Shown here: positions 42,247 through 53,523 of the stretch, one piece after another | Numbering within the stretch: position 1 is the first letter of the stretch | Layout: each line of letters begins with the position of its first letter | IMG/VR virus record: IMGVR_UViG_3300029288_000091 | Length of the DNA stretch: 59,248 nt | DNA from: an uncultured virus (IMG/VR IMGVR_UViG_3300029288_000091) | Taxonomy: Duplodnaviria; Heunggongvirae; Uroviricota; Caudoviricetes | Strand: one strand, 5' to 3' | Made by a program: the position numbers and the translations under genes | Notes under the pieces: generated by a model | Seen by the model: the letters and a program-made list of their open reading frames with translations, nothing else | Told to the model about the DNA's origin: nothing | Database searches by the model: none

Positions 42247-42291
42247 TACTGATCTCCTCCATTTGCCTAATGTAAGGAGATTAATAGATTT

Positions 42292-42330
42292 TTAAGACTT
42301 CATTCTTTCGCCGAGAGAACATCGCTCCAT
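42292..42330 (-). pseudogene. orphaned original 5' end of the Thg1-like gene
   Basis: GAGGAG RBS then MERCSLGERMKS*, matching the LxxRMKSY N-terminus of Thg1-like proteins. Confidence 0.75.
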
Positions 42331-42332
42331 AT

Positions 42333-42686
42333 TTACTCCTCTGTTTCAGACTTCTTTTTGTAAAGATTACCCACTGTTTCTTTTACCTTTTCTATTATTC
42401 CAGAAGCCTTAACCTTAGCAGCCCACTCTGTTGCTCGACTCTGAGACCAAGTGTATATGTCCTCGTAGTCGGAATCATTACCATTACCAGTCATTGTGCC
42501 ATAACGTTTAAGATTTTCTGCAAGTAAGAACATACTATATACAATTTCTTTTGGAGATAGACCTAGAGACATCCCAGTCTGAACCACAATCTGCATAATT
42601 TCTCCAGCAAAACTAGTTATAATTTCTTCTTCAAATGGGATTTCCTTAACCTCTTGTGTAAGATCTTCGAATATAATTTTACTCAT
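42333..42686 (-). CDS. hypothetical protein
   Basis: 117 aa ORF. Confidence 0.65.
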   Translation of the reverse strand: MSKIIFEDLTQEVKEIPFEEEIITSFAGEIMQIVVQTGMSLGLSPKEIVYSMFLLAENLKRYGTMTGNGNDSDYEDIYTWSQSRATEWAAKVKASGIIEKVKETVGNLYKKKSETEE

Positions 42687-43550
42687 TATTTTCTCTGTTG
42701 TATTTTTTCAATTGTTTTATTTTTAAATAAATTTCTTAGATGTTTTCACATCTTTTCTATATACTCGTCATCTTATTTTTCATACAAAGAGTTTTCAAAG
42801 AATAGCATCTCTTTATAATACATATATATATCGTATTAGTTACAACTTCTTGAGTAATGTTTACTATTTTATTATACAGTTTTAATATAGCGCTTTTGTT
42901 GAGTTTAATATTGGGATATATTTTAACGTTTTTTTGTTACCCATTTTCGTTAATTACAGCATATATCATATCAGTTATAATCTCACAAATCCTAATCTCG
43001 GTAATATCATGATCAAGTTGATATTCTAAGATTCATATTATCTTTAAAAACCAAATTGTATCTACTTTATTTAAATGGTGTGTATATGAATGGATACTAT
43101 ATTATTGTTTGTGATGTATAATTTCAGTACTTCGTAAATTATAACTTATTCCTTCGAGTGAAGAAATTAAACGGTTTATTTATTCATTGTTTTCGAAGTC
43201 TAATGAGTTTCTTTCTAACACCATTATATTTTGTTCTGTGTTTATAATCAAAATTTCCATTTAACATTTTATTGATTATTGATTGGCACAGACCATTTTT
43301 TTATCTATATTTACTTGAATTTTTGTCTTTTAAAAACCTTTCTTAGTATTTCAAGCTGTTTGTTTATAAGCTTCGTATTCTAAATAGATGTTGAGATCTA
43401 TTCAACGATTTCTTGGCAAATTTAAACATCTCTATTGGAAATCTTCTTTGGTGTGTTTAGACCAATAATTTAAGCATAGTGTGTTCACCACGATTAAGTA
43501 CATTAAAACTTAGATCAATGGGAAGAAAAAGTTGTTTTTAAAAAGTACTA

Positions 43551-44435
43551 TTAATAATTAACAATAAATTCAGTTCCTTCATCTTTTATATCCGGTGTTT
43601 GTCTTTCAATTACCAAAACTACAAATCGCATAGGCATTTTTAGATCTTTATATCTACCACAAAATGGAGCTGAATTAATTACTTTCCAAACACCAGATAA
43701 TTCTAACTCTTGTACAAACTTGGAAGGTATAAGCTGTTCGTATTCTTTTTTTGTTATATGCCTTCCACCAACAGAAACTAAAACAATAGCAGCACGGTCT
43801 AACGCCGTTCGTTTGATCATCTTAGCAATATATTCAATTCTGGGAGCAGACAAGGATTCCATTAAATCTAAATCAAATACGTTGAAACGATTCTTGGTAG
43901 TTTTAAGATAATCAAAAATATCAATTTGCTCAACTCTTACATTTGACTTCTTAACAATAAACCTATTAAGATCTCTCATATAAAAAGCCATATTTTGTTC
44001 GCGCTCACATGCAACCACAGAATTGTAATTCTGTGCCACATGTACTAATTGATTAGCTGGAAGACCCACATAATTCGTATCAACATTATATAGAAACTCA
44101 TGTATATATACTTCAAATCTTGCATACATTGCATCCTTTTCATATCGCGATTGTGGATCTAAATCATCTCCAATAAATCCAGAAGAAGATATTGTTGATC
44201 TAGAACCATTTTTAATAGAAGCAAACATACTAATAAGTGTTCCAGGAGTACGACTTATGCCGTGATTTTTAAGTAACCATTTGGTTGCACGATTTGCCCA
44301 ATCTTTTCTCCCTTCGCGCTTAGCTTGAACATATTCATTATAGATGCTAAAATTAACTAATCTAAGATGAGAATTATAGCATGTAAAGTTATCAATTTTT
44401 GGAGTTAATTTTTCTTGGATAGTGGGCTCATCCAT
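43551..44435 (-). CDS. hypothetical protein, C-terminal half SAM-dependent methyltransferase-like
   Basis: VVACERE, IDIFDYL, FNVFDLDL resemble Rossmann MTase motifs; motif I is atypical. Confidence 0.5.
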   Translation of the reverse strand: MDEPTIQEKLTPKIDNFTCYNSHLRLVNFSIYNEYVQAKREGRKDWANRATKWLLKNHGISRTPGTLISMFASIKNGSRSTISSSGFIGDDLDPQSRYEKDAMYARFEVYIHEFLYNVDTNYVGLPANQLVHVAQNYNSVVACEREQNMAFYMRDLNRFIVKKSNVRVEQIDIFDYLKTTKNRFNVFDLDLMESLSAPRIEYIAKMIKRTALDRAAIVLVSVGGRHITKKEYEQLIPSKFVQELELSGVWKVINSAPFCGRYKDLKMPMRFVVLVIERQTPDIKDEGTEFIVNY

Positions 44436-44444
44436 TTTTATTCC

Positions 44445-44789
44445 TTATTCGTAAAGAACAAATACAGGATTTAGTAAAACTTTTATTACTGTACTCTTCT
44501 TTGTTTCAATGAATTCAATTTTTTTATAGATATGAAAACCTTTTGTATCTATCATTTGATGATGGCCACAAATCTCATAAGAGATATCTTTACTCGTACA
44601 AGGTACACATTTGTTATTATAACATCTATATCCAACAAAATTAATTGTGTCCATACGAGACACAGTTGTTAGAACAATAGGGCCTTTAATTCCATCTTTC
44701 CAAGCTTCATAACCAAAGTCTGGATGAAATATCACCAATTTATTATTCTTAAAAGCTTCTTCTAATTCTGTATAGGTTAGTGGATTCAT
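44445..44789 (-). CDS. hypothetical protein
   Basis: 114 aa ORF with AAGGA RBS. Confidence 0.55.
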   Translation of the reverse strand: MNPLTYTELEEAFKNNKLVIFHPDFGYEAWKDGIKGPIVLTTVSRMDTINFVGYRCYNNKCVPCTSKDISYEICGHHQMIDTKGFHIYKKIEFIETKKSTVIKVLLNPVFVLYE

Positions 44790-44903
44790 TTCTTAATCCT
44801 TTATAATACTATCTATTAAAATTGTTGTTCTATTGCTGGTCACCAAGAACATACAATAAATATCTATAATTAATAGATTTTATTAAATATTATATTTCAT
44901 ATT

Positions 44904-44975
44904 TTGTAAGATAGGAGTTGAACCTACAACGAATCCTATATAGGCTTGTATCTACCCAATTATATCCACTTACAG
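44904..44975 (-). ncRNA. tRNA-like element with defective anticodon arm
   Basis: TGTAAG/CTTACA acceptor-like stem, GTAGG-TTCAACT-CCTAT T arm, AATTGGGTA D-loop-like segment; only a 4 nt loop at the anticodon position. Confidence 0.5.
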
Positions 44976-45002
44976 TTATCATGACCATTAAGAATCGTAT
45001 TT

Positions 45003-45521
45003 TTAGAAATCATATTTCGTATTGTAACCAAGAAGCGTACTGGCTAGTTCGGCAGTCGCATCATCGGCAAGCTCCTCTGTAGGAATGATATGAACAGAAG
45101 TTGAAGCAATCTGGATCTGCGTCTGGTTTGATTCACAACGAAAAAGAAGGTTTGTCTTCATCTGTGATCTCTGGTCTTTGTTATACCTGCCTTGGCAATA
45201 GGCATTAAACAATGCTTCTTTTATCTCATCGCTGCTCTTAATCACATTCCAATTGGAAACGATAAAGGTCTCAATGCGCTGCTTTCGCGAAGCTTTCGAT
45301 TGTGTTGCTGGCGTTCTCATGTTATTTGCTACCTCAACTTTCAAAGTGTTAATGTCGGACAAATCCTTGTCCTTAATAAGATCCATTACTTTAGTCGCAG
45401 TTACTTTGATACCCTCAGTCTCAAGAAGGGTATGAATACATCTTGCTACTTTACGAACTTGTCGAACATCATTACTCATTGTTATCTTCCTTTCTTTTAT
45501 TAATAATATTTGACGGTACAT
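45003..45521 (-). CDS. hypothetical protein
   Basis: ORF, likely start MSNDV at 45479. Confidence 0.7.
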   Translation of the reverse strand: MYRQILLIKERKITMSNDVRQVRKVARCIHTLLETEGIKVTATKVMDLIKDKDLSDINTLKVEVANNMRTPATQSKASRKQRIETFIVSNWNVIKSSDEIKEALFNAYCQGRYNKDQRSQMKTNLLFRCESNQTQIQIASTSVHIIPTEELADDATAELASTLLGYNTKYDF

Positions 45522-45914
45522 CTAATTTTTTAATCAATTTAAAACAAACAGTCCACTCTGAAAAATCTTTATTTTTTTTCTACACTTATAAAACTTTTCG
45601 TAGTCTTTTCTTTTCTACATTTGACACATATTTTCATACATAATAAACCTCCATTAGTATTCCTTAATTTAAAATACTCTTTTGAAAATTTATATAATTC
45701 CAACTCTCGTCAATTATTTTAACTAAAGTATCCTTGCCCCAAGTGCTTTCCCAGACATACATAATAGATCTACTAGGGCGGTAGTTATTCAAACACCAAA
45801 CAAAGCATCATTGAAAATTTCTAAATGTTACTTCTTTATTTTTCTTATACATAAAATAAATTTTTTTATAAGCTCAATCGTTTTTATACCATTAATTTTA
45901 TCCATATATCACCG

Positions 45915-46229
45915 TTAATTAATTTTTAGATCTTCTATAGATAATTTATTAAATCTATATTTAGCATATGCTCCGTCTATTTGATTGTAATATTCTGGCG
46001 TTTCTTTAATCCATTTTACCCAAATAAATTCAAGAGAGTCAACTAGGCCAACCCTAGATATTAATTGTTTGTATAGTTCTGGAAATTCTTTTTCGCCATC
46101 AACACATATGGCAAGCATGCCTTTATTAACTCTATTACCTTTACTTGGCGGCAAAACAACTTTTACTACATCTCCAATGACAAAATTGTTATTACCAAAT
46201 AAAAATTTTACCAATATGTTTTTCAACAT
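45915..46229 (-). CDS. hypothetical protein
   Basis: 104 aa ORF with GAGGAGG RBS. Confidence 0.55.
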   Translation of the reverse strand: MLKNILVKFLFGNNNFVIGDVVKVVLPPSKGNRVNKGMLAICVDGEKEFPELYKQLISRVGLVDSLEFIWVKWIKETPEYYNQIDGAYAKYRFNKLSIEDLKIN

Positions 46230-46528
46230 TCCTCCTCAAAAATTTCTTTAAACTCGCTTGCTGTTAAATGGCACCAAGAAAATTCATTATCTTTTAGAAA
46301 TAACACGGCATATACATCAGACTTAGGTCTACATTGAAGTAATTCTCCTTCAATATAGCCAATAGCATATTGTCTAATTATATTTTGAAATAGTATTATG
46401 GTATAATATCTACAAGTAAAAAGATTAAATCTTCGCCAGCGATTCCACGAAAAGGCGGAAGATGTTAACTTTGGAATCATATTAAAGCCTTTTAATAATT
46501 TTTTATACTTCTCTTTTATCAATTCCAT
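46223..46528 (-). CDS. hypothetical protein
   Basis: 101 aa ORF. Confidence 0.5.
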   Translation of the reverse strand: MELIKEKYKKLLKGFNMIPKLTSSAFSWNRWRRFNLFTCRYYTIILFQNIIRQYAIGYIEGELLQCRPKSDVYAVLFLKDNEFSWCHLTASEFKEIFEEEC

Positions 46529-47342
46529 AAACTTATATAAGTAAATACAATTTAATTATTGCTTTATTTAAATTTTCTTTATAATATTTATACTTTAATA
46601 AAAAAGAAATTAAAAATCTTCGTGCTATATATTCTCTACCCAACTCTTTAAGCATCTTATAAGAAAGTATAGTTGCTAAAAAATCTAAACTCTTCTGTTT
46701 TTAGATCAGACGAAAGCTCTTTAAAAATCAGCACATACGAATACAAATTTATCATACATTATAGTATAGTCTAACCAACTCCAAGAATTTTTCTAAGCAT
46801 CACAATTTTCTAATATGTAGTATCATTTTTTTATTATCCTTTTCAACAAATAAACATTTAATACCTGTATTCATGACTCAATCTTTCTTATTTCTGGTAA
46901 TTCTAAATCGTTAACTACAACCTCGCATTCACATAAAAACCAGAAGTTGGTTCCGTCCAACTGGACCCAGGCAAGATGATCATTATCCAATTCTAATTAC
47001 TATCCCATATTTTGACTTAGAAAATGATTTAACTCTCATACCGACTACAAATTTATCTTCTTTTAGATCACGAATTCTCATTAAATGTTTATCTCCTATT
47101 TATGAATCTCCCAAGAAGAATCATCTGCCTAAAATTTACAACTAGTTTTCAATGATAATGGTATATTATCGTCGAAAATAACATTAGCCTTTGGTATATC
47201 GAAAATATACATTGAATAAATTTTTCCATATCTATCGCCATTTTAACTATTGTACCAATATTAAGTTCATCGGAAAGTAAAAATCTAAGCGATATAGAAC
47301 TTGGACGTATCATTTGTAATTCAATTCATTTTCGATAATATC

Positions 47343-47624
47343 TTAACCATCGCTTGATATAGTATTTTTCATATCAAAATTATATACATCAACGCGCTTA
47401 TACATTGATACACGAACATCATCTTCGTGATAAATAAAATACTTATGATGTTCAGTAAATATAAACCATAAATCTTGTGCTTTCATAGCAAAAGCATTAT
47501 CGTAAAATTGAAAAGAGCCCTCATGTACATGTACTAATTTAACTGAATAGTTAAATCTTTCATCGTCAGAAGATAAATCTGTATCAATATTATAGACAAT
47601 TTCATTGGCTTCTTTAGCTATCAT
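47343..47624 (-). CDS. hypothetical protein with degraded tandem paralog at about 47630-47885
   Basis: VHVHEGS...FTEHH versus VVHEEGT...YTEHH in the adjacent broken ORF. Confidence 0.6.
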   Translation of the reverse strand: MIAKEANEIVYNIDTDLSSDDERFNYSVKLVHVHEGSFQFYDNAFAMKAQDLWFIFTEHHKYFIYHEDDVRVSMYKRVDVYNFDMKNTISSDG

Positions 47625-47886
47625 TAGTCACATATCCTTTTATATCTATAAATAAAAACTTCATCATCTCCATAACACAATGATGCTCAGTATATACTAT
47701 ACATCAATCTTCAACTTATTAAACGTTTGTAGATTCAAAAAATAAGTTGGTTCCTTCTTCATGAACTACATGTACTACATAGCCATGTAGTGGCAACGAT
47801 ATTTACAATATCCTTCCTCATCTCTACCCAAATAATTTTAATCTGCATTCCTATTAGCAATCTCTAAAATCTCTTTATAATTCATA

Positions 47887-48321
47887 TTAAGACTCGTCTT
47901 CAACAATTCCTAAAACATTTATAGAATCATCTAACCACACAAATAAATCTTTATTTTCTCTGGAACACGGCCATATAGATTTATCAATTTCGCCATTTAC
48001 TTCCCATGACCAACCACTCTTATCTTTATTATAAAATACAGGCTTATTTGTTTTATTATCAACAGTTCCGCCATGATCTATTATTTCAATATTACTTGGC
48101 ACATCTAAACCAGCATCTATTGCATGTGAAACTGTACCATAATTTTGGTCTACATCCCAGTGTAATTCTGTAAATAAAAATCTAGAACCAAACTTTGTTC
48201 TAATACCAATAAATCCTTTATCTCCGTCCCATATCCCAAAAGATAAATTGCGACTATGTATCTTATATAATCTTCCTTTAATTAACTTATCAGTAGTTGG
48301 TAAATCTTTATTACGCTCCAC
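47887..48321 (-). CDS. hypothetical protein
   Basis: SRNLSFGIWDG, GFIGIRTKFGSRFLFTELHWD; AGGAG RBS. Confidence 0.7.
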   Translation of the reverse strand: MERNKDLPTTDKLIKGRLYKIHSRNLSFGIWDGDKGFIGIRTKFGSRFLFTELHWDVDQNYGTVSHAIDAGLDVPSNIEIIDHGGTVDNKTNKPVFYNKDKSGWSWEVNGEIDKSIWPCSRENKDLFVWLDDSINVLGIVEDES

Positions 48322-48330
48322 TTATTACTC

Positions 48331-48771
48331 CTAATATCCCATTTCAAATTCGTGTGTCATTTCGCGAGCAGATTGTCTAAGTCCACGTATATGCTCGAAG
48401 ATTTTATCTCCAAGTTCTTTTGTCATCTTATCATAATCTGGACAGGGCACAACTCTATCACCGCCACATTCATAACATTCTACATCATACATCCCAGAGA
48501 AATATCCTTCTCTTTCCTCATCATCCCATTCAGACCATTCGTCTTGAGTTATTCCATGTGAATCAATTGAAGGATTTACGTGGGTTCCTTTCCCATGGCA
48601 AGTTTCACAAACTTCAAACTTAAATGGAATTTCTACCTCTTCGTCAAAAAATCCTTCATCGTCCTCGTCACATAATTCAACAATAGCAATCATTCTTTTC
48701 TTATCTAAACTCTTATACCAATTCTCTTCATTGGCTACAACATCTCTGTGGTCCATTAAATTACCTTTCAC
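48331..48771 (-). CDS. acidic protein with DnaJ-like CxxCxGxG zinc motifs
   Basis: CETCHGKG and CYECGG. Confidence 0.7.
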   Translation of the reverse strand: MKGNLMDHRDVVANEENWYKSLDKKRMIAIVELCDEDDEGFFDEEVEIPFKFEVCETCHGKGTHVNPSIDSHGITQDEWSEWDDEEREGYFSGMYDVECYECGGDRVVPCPDYDKMTKELGDKIFEHIRGLRQSAREMTHEFEMGY

Positions 48772-49116
48772 TTTTAATAAATAGCAACCAATTCTTGAAC
48801 TTTGATTCTGTTGTCAGCTTTTACAGAAATATTTCTTTGCACTGAAAACGATATTATTTTAGATGCATCTTTATAAAGATCTCGCGTTACTTCCAGGTCA
48901 TGATTACTTATAAATACTATTGCACCTCTGGCACGAGCAGAAATGGCACAAGATCATCTATCGTAAAATTTTCTCCAGAATATTTTGTAAATCCGTTTTT
49001 ATTTATTCACACTGAAAACCCAAGCAGCTTGCTGCCGAGCAGTTCACATATTTTTTTAATATTTCTCCTTAGATAAAAGATCAAAAGCACCAGATTAACT
49101 GGGGATATAATTTCTA

Positions 49117-49320
49117 CTAACTTCCCTTCTGTGGGCTACCTAATCTCTTCTGTACATATTTCTCACCCTCATCTGCAACTTTTTCAACTACAGCTGCATG
49201 TTTCTCACCTTCTGAATCGCCAGCAGACTTTAAATATTCTTTAGTGATTTTTGCATGGTCCTTCGCCTTTTTAAACTCTTTGCCCGCTTCATCAGCATAT
49301 GTACGACTAATTTTACTCAT
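49117..49320 (-). CDS. small hypothetical protein
   Basis: MSKISRTY start behind AAGGAG. Confidence 0.6.
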   Translation of the reverse strand: MSKISRTYADEAGKEFKKAKDHAKITKEYLKSAGDSEGEKHAAVVEKVADEGEKYVQKRLGSPQKGS

Positions 49321-49844
49321 AATCTTCTCCTTGTCTAAATAAAAATTGAACCCAATTACTATAAAATTTTTCAGCACCAAAAAATGTTTTAAATAATTCT
49401 TTAGTAATTATATTTAAATCAATTCTATATTCAACAGAATACATATTCTTAATCTTTTTGATTAATACATCTTGTGATTTATCGATTCTAGTATAAGCAA
49501 TAATCATACAATTCTGATTACTCCTTTCTTTACCTAATAAATATAAATAATAAGTGAAGTTTTTAATTTTATGTTTTAATAGATAATTTATTATAAATTG
49601 GTATATCAACAAGTACAAATATCTGATTACTAATTATTTCAATATAAATATTCATTTTAATAAATATAAATAAGTATTATATTGTATCATAAATTAAATA
49701 TTAAATATAGTATTTATTATTTTTTTTAGAATAAGTTATTTTATTAATCATTTACTATAATACTAGTTTACAATTTTTACAATTAAGGCTCAATCATAAT
49801 TTCCAATAAATAAATTTAATTTTTATAACAACTTGTACCATCCA

Positions 49845-50849
49845 TCATTCTCTTCCAGACAAAAGATATAAATTGTTAATTACTTTGAAGCTTAAACGAC
49901 CACAAAGTGTTGAACTATATGTTGGAACAAGAGGACGAATAACTATACCTTCTCGTTGCTGATCTGTTCCTTCATATATTCCTTCAGCTCGTTTAATCCA
50001 GGTAGATAATGGACTAATTTCATTACCTACTATTATGGACTCGATTGGAACGGTACGAAGTTTATTCGCTTCACAAAAATCTAACATATCATTAAGACCA
50101 AAATATCTGCCCTTTTTAATATCAAAAATATCAAACACAAATAAATCAAGTTCAAGAAGTCTCAGTCTATTTTGCTGAATACCAGGACCAGCAATTTCGC
50201 CCTGAATAGCTACCATTTTATCTTTTAATACTTCTTGTAGATTATATTTTCTAGCCATCTTCCAATAGATATTTGTTTCATTATCTCTCTTTTTCCAATT
50301 ACGAGAACATGCACAGAACTCATTATCGTAACAGAATGTGCTAGAAGTTCCATCTACTTTAATACTAACATAGTACGAGCCAGCAGATCTAAGTTCGTCT
50401 AAAAGTCTAGGTTTGCTTTGTAAACGAATCTCATCGGTCTTTGGGATGAAACATGGGAACGCACCGGACGATTGCCCCATTTTAGCACCACCATTATGAA
50501 GCTGTGGTTCATATTTTTTGACATTGAGTTGTTCAGTTATTTCTGTATCAAAATCAAACTCTTCGGAGCCTGGTAAAACAGAACAAGGTAGAGCAAGCCC
50601 TTGAAAAATGTGACCAGCAAAACGAATGGTACACACCCTGAATTTTCTGCTACGCATAAATTCGCTCCAACCGGGGCCATCAGGAAGTACACAGTCGCAT
50701 TCGAAAAATATACACTTATCGCCCTCTTTAAACTCACCCTTTTTGACACATAGATTCCAACCAAGGACTGTTGCTTTTAAAATTCGGTCGCGGCCCTCAA
50801 TAGATTCAAGTTTATCTATTCTTTGTATTGATACAAGTTTTCTTAGCAT
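49845..50849 (-). CDS. Rnl2/DRB0094-family RNA ligase
   Basis: RKLVSIQRI, FIPKTDEIRLQ, IKVDGTS, CSRN, IQGEIAGPGIQ, REGIVIR, SFKVIN. Confidence 0.93.
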   Translation of the reverse strand: MLRKLVSIQRIDKLESIEGRDRILKATVLGWNLCVKKGEFKEGDKCIFFECDCVLPDGPGWSEFMRSRKFRVCTIRFAGHIFQGLALPCSVLPGSEEFDFDTEITEQLNVKKYEPQLHNGGAKMGQSSGAFPCFIPKTDEIRLQSKPRLLDELRSAGSYYVSIKVDGTSSTFCYDNEFCACSRNWKKRDNETNIYWKMARKYNLQEVLKDKMVAIQGEIAGPGIQQNRLRLLELDLFVFDIFDIKKGRYFGLNDMLDFCEANKLRTVPIESIIVGNEISPLSTWIKRAEGIYEGTDQQREGIVIRPLVPTYSSTLCGRLSFKVINNLYLLSGRE

Positions 50850-50922
50850 TTTATATTATACTCCGATATAATTTAGATACCTATTTCTAAAATCTTCATC
50901 ATCAAAATATATCAATACCAAA

Positions 50923-51612
50923 TTATAATTGATTAGTTTTAAACAATTCCTCAAACCGGCTTTCAAGAGGATTCACTTTCATAAAATCAGATATTACTTC
51001 GATTTTACAATTAGAACTCTCCAAGAACTTTACAAAATTAGCATCAAAATTTGGTGGAGTCCAACAACCAGAACGACAAATATGAATAAAATCAAAGTGG
51101 CTTCGTTTACCTTTTTCCAAATACATATCATTTAAGGTAGAAACTGTGTGTTCTTTATCAATGACAGATATTTGAGACTTTATTTCGCGTTTGATCAGAT
51201 TTTTAAGGATACTTAAATCCTGGCTTTCAAATTGAGAAAACCAGGTTATCTTCGCATCTTTATTCTGTTCTAACCAATTCGTTCCCCAACTACCACAATC
51301 AAGATATGAATTATAGTAGCAGTCGTGATGAGAATCAAACAAGATTAGTTTGTGGTTTGATTTAAGTAAATTATATAACGCAAGATGAGATTCAGATACT
51401 AATATCGTAATCTCATCTTTTGGAATTACAAACCACTTACTAAGCCATTTCCAAAAATTAGTATAGATATCTTCGATTTTAACTTTCGAATCTACCACTC
51501 TATAACGCCAGGCATTAATCAAATTATATTTGTTTTCTTCAATGTTATCCCAAAAAATTTTGGCCGATGGAGTAAAATAATCCCAATCAACTGACAATGC
51601 CATTTTTTTCAT
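50923..51612 (-). CDS. arginase/deacetylase-fold-like hypothetical protein
   Basis: LSVDWDYF, SESH, LFDSHHDC, ICRSGCWTP. Confidence 0.55.
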   Translation of the reverse strand: MKKMALSVDWDYFTPSAKIFWDNIEENKYNLINAWRYRVVDSKVKIEDIYTNFWKWLSKWFVIPKDEITILVSESHLALYNLLKSNHKLILFDSHHDCYYNSYLDCGSWGTNWLEQNKDAKITWFSQFESQDLSILKNLIKREIKSQISVIDKEHTVSTLNDMYLEKGKRSHFDFIHICRSGCWTPPNFDANFVKFLESSNCKIEVISDFMKVNPLESRFEELFKTNQL

Positions 51613-51675
51613 TTTAATTTTATCCTTATATAATTAAATTACAACTCTATGTTATAGTGAATGGAGGTTTTCAAA

Positions 51676-52449
51676 ATGTATGTTGCTAAAAATTAAAGAG
51701 TTATATTTATCTGAAAAAAGTATAAATAAGATGTTTAAAGAACTAAATAAATCTACAGGTACTATATACAATATAATAAAAATCTTGGAATAATTCGAAG
51801 TAAATTTGTTGCTTGTAGAAAATATAATATAAGAGAAAATTTCTTTTGATCAAATAGATACCGAAATAAAAGCCTATGTACTTGGATTTTTATTTGCCGA
51901 TGGAAACAATATGAGAAATAGTATAACTATAAAATTAAATATAAAAGATATCGAAATGTTAAACAAAATAATTAAAGCAATATATCAAAATGAAAAATCA
52001 TTAAGATATGCTACTGAACGCAATAATTTAATTGTGTTATTTTGGAAATAGATAATAAACATATGAGCGAAAAACTTAAAGAATTAATAATGATTATCAA
52101 TAAAACATTAAAATCGACGTTCCCGAGTTAGCAGCAACTTATTAAAACATTTTATAAGGGGATATTTCGATGGAGATGGTTGTTTTATCGAAATGAAAAT
52201 AATAATAAAAGTTCTACAATTTCCATTATAGTAACTATTATGTTTAATAAAGACTTAAAAATATACAATTATAAAAGAATTAAAAATAACATCTAATATA
52301 TATACAAAAAGTGTATAAAAATAATAATAAAATTACCACAGTATTTCAATTTGGTGGCAATAGGCAGGCCATTAAATTATTTACAAAGATTCTACGATAT
52401 ATTTCGAAAAGAAATATAATAAATATCTAGAATTTAAAATTTATATTAA
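51676..52449 (+). pseudogene. LAGLIDADG homing endonuclease, multiply disrupted
   Basis: KAYVLGFLFADG and HFIRGYFDGDG fragments; GGAGG RBS. Confidence 0.8.
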
Positions 52450-52464
52450 TAAAGAAAACAATAT

Positions 52465-53450
52465 TTAAACACTGTGAAATAGATTTTCAATAGTATGAGT
52501 TTCTGAAGATTTTTTATTAAATTCCTGACACACGTCCAAACACTGAGACTTACATATCGGATCTTTCCAAGGTTTATGCTTAGAAACCCAATTAGCTCTT
52601 TGCCATCTAATATCCTTATCAACTTTGCCAATTGGATTTCCACCTTCTCTAAGATAGATAATACAAGGAAAATGATATGAGTTGCCAGAAACAACCATGT
52701 CATCCAACATTAACCAACATCTATCATTATTACTATCAGGAATACCTCTAACGTATCTACCAACTTTTATATTGCTTATTCTGTATTTAAGTATTGGATA
52801 CTTATTAATTATTTCTTCGGGTAGTTCTCTAAGTCGCAACAACGCTTTGTTATACTGAGCAGAAGGAATAACTCTAATGTCAGACGCCTAATGAATCAGC
52901 AAATAAAACACTTTCTAAACACTCATGTATATTTGTTTCTGTAAAAACCATACCAACAGAGACGTAAGTCATTTCACTTAGTGCCTTGATATTTTCAACC
53001 ACCTTATCCCAGCATTTTGGTCCACCAGACATAACGTTTCCAACAGTAGCACAACAAGCATCCAACGAAATAGAAAAGTCATTAACTCCAGTCTGGATTA
53101 ATTTGCTATATGTTCTAAATGAATTGGAACCGTTAGTTGAAATTGCTATTCTCTCAACACCATTATCTTTACACATTTCAACTAATTCTAATAGTCCATA
53201 GTACATGGTGGGCTCACCACCAGAGAATCTCACATTTTTTAAATCATTATCAATCCATATTCTAAGTATATTCTTAGCAGAATCTATATCCATATCTCCT
53301 TGATATTTGTTCTTTAAATTTCTACAATATGGACAACGGAAATTGCATCTTGAAGTTAAAATAAGCTCACATCTTTCTAATGAAGACATGACACTAGAAT
53401 TTAGCCCTTTTGTCGCTTAATGTATAAAAACCTATTTCTTCGAGTTTCAT
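52465..53450 (-). pseudogene. radical SAM protein with two frameshifts
   Basis: MKLEEIGFYTLSD start, CNFRCPYC, FSGGEP, STNG, SISLD; continues DIRVIPSAQ...CWLMLDD...FPCIIYLRE. Confidence 0.85.
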
Positions 53451-53523
53451 TACTATACCTTTCTATTAATTAAAAATTATCTCGTAAAGATAGAACATCT
53501 TTTTTAACAATTGGATAAAATCA

